Shown: positions 56,470 through 64,000 of the stretch, one piece after another | How positions within the stretch are numbered: the stretch's first letter is position 1 | How the letters are laid out: each line of letters opens with the position of its first letter | From: Catalimonadaceae bacterium | GTDB taxonomy: Bacteria; Bacteroidota; Bacteroidia; Cytophagales; Flexibacteraceae | Length of the DNA: 64,000 bases | Direction of reading: 5' to 3' | Assembly (NCBI GenBank): GCA_036804165.1 | Contig: DAIRSZ010000001.1 | Span: forward strand, 11,468 to 75,467 | Made by a program: the position numbers and the translations under genes | The notes under the pieces: model-generated | Told to the model about the DNA's origin: nothing | Databases searched by the model: none | What the model saw: only the letters and a program-made list of their open reading frames with translations

Positions 56470-57723
56470 ATGGAGTTGAAAAGAGTAGTTGTAACGGGCT
56501 TGGGAGCCATCACGCCGCTAGGCAACACCGTTGATGCCTTCTGGCAGGCCTTGTCTGCGGGCGTAAGCGGTGCGGCACCCATTACCCGCTTCGACGCTAC
56601 TAAGTTTCGTACCCGCTTTGCCTGCGAAGTAAAGGATTTTGACCCGACGCACTTCATGGATCGTAAGGACGCCCGCAAGATGGATCCCTACGCCCAGTAC
56701 GCGATGGTGGCGGCCATGCAAGCCGTCGAAGAGGCCGGGCTACATGGCCAGCACATCAACTCCGATCGGGTAGGAGTTATTTTTGGCTCGGGCATTGGCG
56801 GCGTACGCACTTTTCAGGACGAAGTGGCCAGTTTTGCCACTGGCGACGGCACGCCGCGCTTCAATCCATTTTTTATCCCCAAGATGATCGTGGATATCAT
56901 CGCGGGCCACGTCTCGATTCACTACGGTTTTCGCGGGCCCAATTACGTAACCGTGTCGGCCTGCGCGTCGGCCTCGCACGCTATCCTCGACGCCATGACC
57001 CACATCCGCCTCGGGCGGGCCGACGCCATCGTGACGGGCGGCTCCGAAGCAGCCGTCACCGAGGCGGGCGTGGGCGGATTTAACGCCCTCCGGGCGCTGT
57101 CTGAACGCAACGACGACCCGGCCACGGCTTCGCGCCCGTTCGACAAAGACCGGGACGGGTTCGTGCTCGGCGAGGGTGCGGGCGTACTGGTGCTCGAAGA
57201 ATACGAACACGCCAAAGCCCGCGGCGCCCGCATCTACTGCGAGGTGGCTGGCGGCGGCATGTCGGCCGATGCCTACCACATGACGGCCCCGCACCCCGAA
57301 GGAGCGGGCGTCACGCAGGTGATGCACTGCGCCCTGGCAGACGCCGCCATGCAGCCCCACGAAGTGGACTACATCAATGTGCACGGCACCTCGACGCCGC
57401 TGGGCGACCCGGCCGAAACCAAGGCCATCGAGCGCGTGTTCGGCGAACATGCCTACCAGCTCGCCATCAGCTCGACCAAGTCTATGACCGGCCACTTGCT
57501 CGGGGCGGCGGGAGCCATCGAAGCCATCGCCGCCACGTTGGCCCTCGAACACCAACTCGTACCACCGACCATCAACCATTTCACCGACGACGAAGTGTTC
57601 GATCCGCGCCTGCAACTCACCTTTCACCGGGCCGCCGCGCGGCCCATACGGGCGGTGCTGAGCAATACGTTCGGCTTTGGCGGACACAACTGCTCGCTCA
57701 TTTTTCGCAAAATGGTAGAGTAG
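56470..57723 (+). CDS. fabF: beta-ketoacyl-ACP synthase II
   Basis: 417 aa. Active-site contexts TVSACASASHAI, INVHGTSTPLGD and NTFGFGGHN. Confidence 0.95.
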   Translation: MELKRVVVTGLGAITPLGNTVDAFWQALSAGVSGAAPITRFDATKFRTRFACEVKDFDPTHFMDRKDARKMDPYAQYAMVAAMQAVEEAGLHGQHINSDRVGVIFGSGIGGVRTFQDEVASFATGDGTPRFNPFFIPKMIVDIIAGHVSIHYGFRGPNYVTVSACASASHAILDAMTHIRLGRADAIVTGGSEAAVTEAGVGGFNALRALSERNDDPATASRPFDKDRDGFVLGEGAGVLVLEEYEHAKARGARIYCEVAGGGMSADAYHMTAPHPEGAGVTQVMHCALADAAMQPHEVDYINVHGTSTPLGDPAETKAIERVFGEHAYQLAISSTKSMTGHLLGAAGAIEAIAATLALEHQLVPPTINHFTDDEVFDPRLQLTFHRAAARPIRAVLSNTFGFGGHNCSLIFRKMVE

Positions 57724-58475
57724 TGTACCTAAACCGCTTCTTTGGGCTGTTTCGTAGCTACACGGCCCACGACCGAAGGCTTGCCGCAGCAATCACAACC
57801 ATGATTGGCGGCAAGCCTTTTAATTTGCAACTTTACAAACTGGCCGTTCGCCACGCTTCGGCCGACGAAAACGTCCGGCGGGCATCGTCGGGAGGAACCA
57901 ACAACAACGAACGCCTCGAGTATCTCGGCGATGCCATCCTGGGGGCAGTGGTGGCCGAATTTCTTTTCAAAAAATTCCCCTTCAAAGACGAAGGATTCCT
58001 GACTGAAATCCGCTCGCGGATCGTCAATCGAGAGTCGCTCAACGAACTGGCCCACAAGATCGGGCTGCCCGAATTGCTAGAGATGGACAGCCAGCACCGC
58101 TCGCGCTTCAGTCATAAGTCGGTGTACGGCGATGCCCTCGAAGCCCTGGTGGGCGCGGTCTATCTCGACAAGGGCTTCGAGCGGTGCCGAACCTTTGTGC
58201 TGCAACGGCTGCTGCAGCCGCACTTCGACCTGGAAGAACTTATCCAGACGGATCGTAATTTCAAGAGCAAACTCATTGAGTGGGCGCAGCGCGAAAACCA
58301 CCGCCTCCGCTTCGAGATCGTGAAAGAATCGGGCAGCCAACACCACCGCGAGTTTGTGGCCCAGGTGGTGATTGATGGCGGTGTCGTGAGCACGGGCAGC
58401 GGCCTGAGCAAGAAAAAGGCTGAGCAAGCCGCCGCCGCCGCCGCCTGCGCACACCTAGGCATCGAGAAGAACTAA
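57723..58475 (+). CDS. rnc: ribonuclease III
   Basis: NERLEYLGDAILG signature and a C-terminal dsRBD. Its GTG start shares one base with the fabF stop. Confidence 0.9.
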   Translation: MYLNRFFGLFRSYTAHDRRLAAAITTMIGGKPFNLQLYKLAVRHASADENVRRASSGGTNNNERLEYLGDAILGAVVAEFLFKKFPFKDEGFLTEIRSRIVNRESLNELAHKIGLPELLEMDSQHRSRFSHKSVYGDALEALVGAVYLDKGFERCRTFVLQRLLQPHFDLEELIQTDRNFKSKLIEWAQRENHRLRFEIVKESGSQHHREFVAQVVIDGGVVSTGSGLSKKKAEQAAAAAACAHLGIEKN

Positions 58476-58541
58476 TCGGGGCGAGCGTAGTTTTTTGATG
58501 AGACTAGACCAAGCCCACCGGACTGCGTATTGCAGATAAAA

Positions 58542-60440
58542 ATGAATGCATCTCTCCCAAGTCCCCTCCTGATTGGGGGGGCGGCCCTCAACCAGACGCC
58601 CATAGACTGGGAAAACAACCTCCGTAATATCCGGGAAGCCATTGTGCAGGCCCGCTTGCGAGACGTGCGGGTGCTTTGTCTGCCCGAGCTTTGCCTGACG
58701 GGCTATGGCTGCGAAGACCTTTTCCTGAGCGAATGGGTGCCCGCCCAAGCCGTCGCGGCACTTTTCGAACTGCTGCCCGATTGCCACGACATCACCGTGG
58801 CCCTTGGGCTGCCCGTGCGGCTTGAAGGCCACACCTACGACTGCGCCGCCCTGGTGCGCAACGGTGCGCTGCTGGGCGTGGTGGCCAAGCAACACCTGGC
58901 CAACGACGGCGTGCACTACGAGCCGCGCTGGTTTACGCCCTGGCCAGCAGGCCGCCAAACCTCAGTTCGTTGGCAAGGAACCGACTATCCCTTCGGAGAT
59001 TTGGTGTTCGAGACGCCCGAGGCTACCATCGCCTTCGAGATATGCGAGGACGCGTGGCGCGAAGCCCTGCGACCGGGCTATCGGCATTGCCAGCGCGGGG
59101 CCAACCTTATCCTCAACCCGAGTGCCAGCCATTTTGCCTTCGGCAAAAAGGCCCTGCGCCGCCGCCTGGTGCTCGAAGGGTCAAAAGCCTTTGGTTGTGC
59201 CTATGTATATGCCAACTTGCTCGGCAACGAGGCGGGCAAAATGATCTACGACGGCGACATCATGATTGCCCAGCACGGCCAGATGCTCCAGCAAGATGTG
59301 CGATTTACGTTTCAGGACATCAACCTGGTGGTGGTGCCCGTGTCGCTTTCGCAGCCCGGCACGGTGCCCGTACCGGACCTAACCGCAGACCCCGAAGACA
59401 AAGAAACCGAGTTTGTAGCGGCCGTTACGCTGGGCCTGTTCGACTATCTGCGCAAAAGCCGCAGCCGGGGGTTTGTGCTCTCGCTCAGTGGCGGGGCCGA
59501 CTCCTCTACGCTGGCCGTGCTGGTGGCCGAAATGGTGCGGCGAGGGGTGCAGCAGTTGGGGCTAGACCGCTTCGCTGACAAGGCGGGCTTTCTGAGTGAA
59601 GAAGACCGCGACGCCGCGCAAGTGCTACCCCTGCCCGAACAGATTCGATTCCTGACGGCGCGGGCATTGCGCTGCGCTTATCAAGGCACCGTCAACTCGT
59701 CGGACGATACGTTTGCTTCGGCTCGGGCGTTGGCTCACGACGTGGGGGCCCGCTTTCACGACTGGCGCATTGATGCGGAGGTGAGCGGCTATCAGCAAAA
59801 AATAGAAGATGCCCTGCAACGTGCGCTCACCTGGGATACTGACGACATCGCCCTGCAAAACATTCAGTCGCGCGTGCGTGCCCCCGCCATCTGGATGCTC
59901 ACCAACACCACGGGCGCCTTGTTGCTGACCACCTCTAACCGGAGCGAAGGGTCGGTGGGCTATGCCACCATGGACGGCGATACGTCGGGCGGGCTGGCGC
60001 CCATTGCCGGGGTGGACAAGCACTTTATCCGGCATTGGCTGCGGTGGGCCGAGCATCACCTGGGCCGATCGGCGTTGCGGCACGTCAACCACTTGCAGCC
60101 CTCGGCCGAGTTGCGCCCGCTCGAACGGGTGCAGACCGACGAAGAAGACCTGATGCCCTACGACATTTTGCAGGCCATCGAGCGGCTGGCCATCTTCGAG
60201 CGGCAATCGCCCACGGCGGTGTATGAGCAACTGCTGGCGCGTCAGACAGCCCCCGCGCCGCACCTCAAAAAATACGTGACCCGGTTTTTTCGGCTCTGGG
60301 CCCAAAATCAGTGGAAACGCGAACGCATTGCCCCGTCGTTTCACCTCGACGACTACAGCGTAGATCCGCGCAGTTGGTGCCGGTTTCCGATTTTGTCGGG
60401 TGGGTTTGGCGCCGAATTGGCCGAGTTGGCCAAGCTTTAG
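58542..60440 (+). CDS. nadE: glutamine-dependent NAD+ synthase
   Basis: N-terminal nitrilase/CN-hydrolase domain (FEICEDAW) plus synthetase domain with SGGADSS P-loop. I chose the ATG at 58542. Confidence 0.9.
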   Translation: MNASLPSPLLIGGAALNQTPIDWENNLRNIREAIVQARLRDVRVLCLPELCLTGYGCEDLFLSEWVPAQAVAALFELLPDCHDITVALGLPVRLEGHTYDCAALVRNGALLGVVAKQHLANDGVHYEPRWFTPWPAGRQTSVRWQGTDYPFGDLVFETPEATIAFEICEDAWREALRPGYRHCQRGANLILNPSASHFAFGKKALRRRLVLEGSKAFGCAYVYANLLGNEAGKMIYDGDIMIAQHGQMLQQDVRFTFQDINLVVVPVSLSQPGTVPVPDLTADPEDKETEFVAAVTLGLFDYLRKSRSRGFVLSLSGGADSSTLAVLVAEMVRRGVQQLGLDRFADKAGFLSEEDRDAAQVLPLPEQIRFLTARALRCAYQGTVNSSDDTFASARALAHDVGARFHDWRIDAEVSGYQQKIEDALQRALTWDTDDIALQNIQSRVRAPAIWMLTNTTGALLLTTSNRSEGSVGYATMDGDTSGGLAPIAGVDKHFIRHWLRWAEHHLGRSALRHVNHLQPSAELRPLERVQTDEEDLMPYDILQAIERLAIFERQSPTAVYEQLLARQTAPAPHLKKYVTRFFRLWAQNQWKRERIAPSFHLDDYSVDPRSWCRFPILSGGFGAELAELAKL

Positions 60441-60844
60441 CGGGGACCAGCAGGTACGGATGCGCTCGTAGCCTCGATAACGACCAAGAGGTCTTCGATG
60501 ACCTGTTTGACATAGCGCAGGCAGCCATCGCTCTTGACAACGTAATTAAACACACCTTCGGCCTGCACCTGTGCCACCACACTAATGTCTTCCTGTGCTG
60601 ACAATACCACCAGCCGGGCCGACGAAGGGCGGGCACGGAGCCGACGGATCAGCTCCAGACCGTGGATGTCGGGCAACACTAAGTCTAGCAGGATGATGTC
60701 TGGCTCGGTGCCCAGGGCGGCCAAGAGGGCCTCCCCCCGATCGAAAAACGACACTTCCAGGTTTTCGAAACCGCTGAAAGCCAGTTTCATGACCAGCGAC
60801 TCGGTCCGGTTGTCTTCGATGATAAATAAACGGTGCTTTTTCAC
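60437..60844 (-). CDS. single-domain response regulator (CheY-like receiver)
   Basis: 135 aa with GTG start. FIIEDN ... DIILLDLVLPDIHG ... LSAQ receiver motifs and no output domain. Lies 53 nt downstream of the hybrid kinase. Confidence 0.85.
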   Translation of the reverse strand: MKKHRLFIIEDNRTESLVMKLAFSGFENLEVSFFDRGEALLAALGTEPDIILLDLVLPDIHGLELIRRLRARPSSARLVVLSAQEDISVVAQVQAEGVFNYVVKSDGCLRYVKQVIEDLLVVIEATSASVPAGPR

Positions 60845-60897
60845 GAGGGGAGGATTTTTAGTGAAGGAAAATGCGCGCAGGCCAGACCGCCTGGTTT

Positions 60898-63800
60898 CTA
60901 TCCGACTGCGGTAGGTATCAGGTGATAGCGCTTCTGCAAGTATGCCGTGAGCTGCTGATTATGCGTTTTCAACTGATCGAGCAGCAAGCCGACGGTGTAG
61001 TCCTCCAGCCGGAGGCGCGTATTGAGTTGGTCGCAAAGCCGAAAAAGCTCGGTGGCCCCGAGCGTCCCGCTCAGGCCCTTGAGGGTGTGGGCGGCGTGCC
61101 GCATTCGCTCTACGTCGTGGGCCTGGTGCGCCGCGGCCAACTGGACGATCAGCTCCTGACAATCTTCTATAAAAGAACGGAATAGGTCTGCGACGGCCTC
61201 GGGGTGCTGCTGGGCCATCTGTTCGATCTGGGCCAGCACGGTTTCGTCGAGGAAATGGTTCTCTGGGCCGAGTGGGCACGCCTCGGGGGCAGTGGTGGCC
61301 ACACGCAGCGCGGGCAGCCACTGGCTTAGCTTCTCAACCAACATCTGGTAGGTGACCGGCTTGGCCAGGTAGTCGTCTAGGCCGGCTTCAATGTACCGTT
61401 CGGCGTCGCCACTCATGGCGTCGGCACTCATGCCCACGATGGGCGGCAGGTCGGTATGTTGGGCACGCAGTTGCTGGGTGGCCGTAATGCCATCCATGAC
61501 GGGCATCCGGATATCCATCAAAATCAGGTCGAAGGTGCCGGGGCAATATACATCGCAGGCCTCCTGTCCATCTTGGGCGATCGTGATCCGGCAGCCGGCT
61601 TTCTCCAGCATCAGGCGAGCTACAAACTGGTTCACTTCCTGGTCTTCTACCAACAGCACGTGCGCATTGAAGGCGGCCGCCCACACGACGGGAGTTGTCT
61701 GGACAAGCGCCGACGAATGAACCAGCGGGGCAGGCAGCGCGTAGCGAATCGTAAACCAGAAAAGACTGCCCTGCCCTTCGGTAGAGACTACGTCAATTTC
61801 GCCCTCGAAGAGCCGCACCAGACTGCGGCAGATAACCAGCCCCAGCCCCGTGCCTCCATTCTGGCGCGTCAGCGAGGTATCTAGTTGCGAAAATTGCTGA
61901 AAAAGCTGGGTTTGCTGGTCGGCAGTAATGCCTGGCCCGGTATCTTGCACCTCGAAGCGTAGTTGGTTAGCTCCTTGGCTCTGTACCCGTATGGTCACCT
62001 GGCCCCGCTCAGTGAATTTTATTGCGTTGCTTACCAAATTGGTCAGTATCTGAACCAACTTTGTTTCGTCGGTATGCACCAAGGGGGGCACTTCCGTGGC
62101 AATGTCGAGGGTAAAGGCCAGGTCTTTGTGCCGCACCAGCGGGATGAACAAATCCTGCACCCGGTGCAAAGTCTGGTGCAAATGAAACGTAGAGGCGTTG
62201 AACTGCATTTTGCCCGCCTCCAGCTTCGAAAAGTCGAGAATGTCGTTGATGATCGTCAGCAAATTTTCGGACGATTTCTTGATGATCTCGACGTATTCCC
62301 GCTGCGAAGTGGCCAAAGGCGTTCCGTGCAGAATGTCCGCCATCCCGATCAGGCCGTTGAGGGGCGTGCGAATCTCGTGGCTCATGTTGGCCATAAACCG
62401 TGACTTGAGCTGGAGGGCCCGCTCGGCCAGGTCACGTGCTCTTTCCAGCTCGATCATGCGCTTGCGCTCGGTGATGTCGCGGGCGATGGTCGAAGCCCCC
62501 TTCACGCATCCTTGTTCGTCAAGGATGGGCGAGATCGTCAGCGATACGTCAATTAGGCGTTCGCCTTTGGTCAGGCGTACGGTCTCGTAGTGCGTAATGT
62601 GCTCGCCGTGCCGAATCTTTTCCATAAACGTGGCCAACTCGCCGTGCCGATCGGGCGGCACGATGGTCTCGACGGGCTGCCCGATGATTTCCTCGGCCGT
62701 GTAGCCGTAAATGGCTTCGGCCCCACCGTTCCAGCTCACCAGGGCACCGCCTAGGTCCTGACCCATGATGGCGTCTTCCGACGACTCGACAATCTCGGCC
62801 AGGTAGCGGTAGGCCCGCTCGACGCGGATGCGCTCGGTGATGTCCGACTGAATGCCCAGATAATGAGTCAGTTGGCCGTCTTTATTGAAAACCGGCGAGA
62901 TGTCGAGCTGGTTGTAGAACAGGGTGCCGTCTTTGCGATAATTGCGCAGAAAGACGTTGCAGTTGGTACGCTCGCGCAAGGCTTGGCGCAGCCGATCCAG
63001 CTCGGGCTGTTGCTGGTCGGTGCCCTGCAAAAAACGGCAATTGCGCCCGATCACCTCTTCGCGGCGATAGCCCGTCATGCGCTCGAAGGCCGGGTTTACG
63101 TAGATGATGGGCATGTTGGGCAGGGCCGGGTCGCTAATGACAATCCCGTTGGTGCTCGACTCGAGGGCTTCGCTCAGCAACACAAGCTGCTCTTCGGTAC
63201 GGCGTTGTACCGTAATGTTGCGGATAATCGTCAGAAAGCCCGCCGCTTTTTGTTGTTCGAGCAACGGCGAAGATTGCACTTCGCAGAGGTGGGCATGGCC
63301 GTGAACGTCGCGCAGGTAACACTCGCCCAGGTGCAGGCGGTGGTGCGGCTCGGGGGGCACCGTGAGCCGATCAAAAAAGCTGTCGATGTGCTGCCCAATC
63401 ACTTCCTGATCGGGATAGCCAAAGAGCTTGCGCGCGGCCGAATTGATGTACACAATTTTGCGGTGGGCATCTTCGGCCAGCATGGCATCGTGCTGGGCCT
63501 CGAGCATGGCCCGAAAGATGAGGCGCTGCTTGTTGGCCTCGGCCTCGGCTTCTTTGCGCTCCGTAATGTCCATTATTACACCTTCGATGCGCAGGACGCC
63601 TTGTTCGTCGCGGCTCACCTGTCCATAGTCGCGCACCCATACGAAGTGTCCTTTTTGGTGATAGAGCCGAAACTCGTCGCGGTAGCTAGCTTGTTGGCGC
63701 AGCCGCTCGGGCCAGGCGGCTTCCAGGTGTGCCCGGTCGGCGGGGTGGGCGTGCGCCCAAAGGTTCTTGGCGCACGCATTGATAAAGTCTTCGGGAGGCA

Positions 63801-64000
63801 AGCCCAACAAAAGCGTAATGTAGGGGCTGAGGTATTCTACCATGTTGATGCCAGGAGCCAAGACCTTGATCCGATACACCGCTCCGGGCAAGTTGTTGAC
63901 CAGAATGCGAAATTGGTCTTTGCTGGCCAGCAAGGTAGTCTCTAGCCGATTGCGGCGCTGTTGGCTGAGCCGAGTTGCGATAGCCTGCTGCGCGTCTTGC
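60898..64000 (-). CDS. hybrid sensor histidine kinase: PAS-PAS-LOV-PAS-HisKA-HATPase-REC-HPt (5' end outside window)
   Basis: The minus-strand frame stays open through base 64000, so the N-terminus is upstream of the window. H-box SHEIRTPLNG. HATPase boxes NLVSNAIKF, DTGPGI and GGTGLGL. Receiver LILMDIRMPVMDG. HPt HAAHTLKGLSGTLGA. Confidence 0.9.
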   Translation of the reverse strand, partial: QDAQQAIATRLSQQRRNRLETTLLASKDQFRILVNNLPGAVYRIKVLAPGINMVEYLSPYITLLLGLPPEDFINACAKNLWAHAHPADRAHLEAAWPERLRQQASYRDEFRLYHQKGHFVWVRDYGQVSRDEQGVLRIEGVIMDITERKEAEAEANKQRLIFRAMLEAQHDAMLAEDAHRKIVYINSAARKLFGYPDQEVIGQHIDSFFDRLTVPPEPHHRLHLGECYLRDVHGHAHLCEVQSSPLLEQQKAAGFLTIIRNITVQRRTEEQLVLLSEALESSTNGIVISDPALPNMPIIYVNPAFERMTGYRREEVIGRNCRFLQGTDQQQPELDRLRQALRERTNCNVFLRNYRKDGTLFYNQLDISPVFNKDGQLTHYLGIQSDITERIRVERAYRYLAEIVESSEDAIMGQDLGGALVSWNGGAEAIYGYTAEEIIGQPVETIVPPDRHGELATFMEKIRHGEHITHYETVRLTKGERLIDVSLTISPILDEQGCVKGASTIARDITERKRMIELERARDLAERALQLKSRFMANMSHEIRTPLNGLIGMADILHGTPLATSQREYVEIIKKSSENLLTIINDILDFSKLEAGKMQFNASTFHLHQTLHRVQDLFIPLVRHKDLAFTLDIATEVPPLVHTDETKLVQILTNLVSNAIKFTERGQVTIRVQSQGANQLRFEVQDTGPGITADQQTQLFQQFSQLDTSLTRQNGGTGLGLVICRSLVRLFEGEIDVVSTEGQGSLFWFTIRYALPAPLVHSSALVQTTPVVWAAAFNAHVLLVEDQEVNQFVARLMLEKAGCRITIAQDGQEACDVYCPGTFDLILMDIRMPVMDGITATQQLRAQHTDLPPIVGMSADAMSGDAERYIEAGLDDYLAKPVTYQMLVEKLSQWLPALRVATTAPEACPLGPENHFLDETVLAQIEQMAQQHPEAVADLFRSFIEDCQELIVQLAAAHQAHDVERMRHAAHTLKGLSGTLGATELFRLCDQLNTRLRLEDYTVGLLLDQLKTHNQQLTAYLQKRYHLIPTAVG
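62836..63174 (-). other. LOV (light-oxygen-voltage, flavin-binding) subdomain of the hybrid kinase
   Basis: GIVISDPALPNMPIIYVNPAFERMTGYRREEVIGRNCRFLQG...FLRNYRKDGTLFYNQLDISPVF...YLGIQSDITE. The adduct-forming Cys codon (TGC on the minus strand) is at 63037-63039. Confidence 0.85.

Noticed and set aside
58428-58445. (GCC)6 microsatellite
   Set aside because: It encodes an Ala6 run in the C-terminal tail of RNase III. It is short, in frame, and unremarkable in GC-rich genomes.
1-64000. Mobile elements, CRISPR arrays, defence systems, toxin-antitoxin pairs, prophage or biosynthetic gene clusters
   Set aside because: I scanned ORF translations and intergenic DNA. I saw no transposase, integrase or recombinase motifs, no long inverted or direct repeats beyond the short in-gene repeats listed, no repeat-spacer periodicity, and no nuclease/ATPase pairs typical of defence islands.

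Overview
GC-rich Bacteroidota chromosome segment. Gene content and TAnnTTTG-type promoter boxes suggest Cytophagales or a Hymenobacter-like organism. It is almost entirely core housekeeping, packed very tightly on both strands. By eye I find no rRNA, tRNA, CRISPR array, IS element, integrase or prophage, and no obvious defence island. Recognisable genes in order: galK (5' partial), uvrC, the type IX secretion / gliding motor block porP(sprF)-gldK-gldL-gldM-gldN, hemD plus DUF4271, an MraY/WecA-type transferase, a BamA/TamA-family OMP, hemW, purE, lptD-like, rpsA, a cold-shock protein, lepA, folD, queE, pyrF, gpsA, lpxH, ftsH, rsfS, birA, anmK, hemA, pyk, acpP-fabF-rnc and nadE, plus several two-component proteins. 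The only accessory-looking stretch is about 17.4-22.1 kb: a disordered lipoprotein, an L-type lectin-like protein, a fasciclin protein, DUF4864 and a 718-aa secreted protein. The most interesting single observation is a textbook LOV (flavin/blue-light) domain, IGRNCRFLQG, inside the large multi-PAS hybrid histidine kinase at the right edge. That kinase carries its own receiver and HPt domains and is followed by a stand-alone receiver gene. Other oddities: (1) a full antisense overlap between the 3' extension of a polytopic membrane-protein ORF and a WxcM/FdtA-like cupin ORF that has lost the RGxHAH motif; (2) two divergent genes whose ATGs share one CATG; (3) seven convergent gene pairs whose stop codons abut or overlap; (4) an A-type Fe-S carrier homologue lacking the C-terminal CGCG cysteines. 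I do not see convincing evidence for a wholly new multi-gene system. All functional calls rest on motif recognition from the translations and were not checked by database search.
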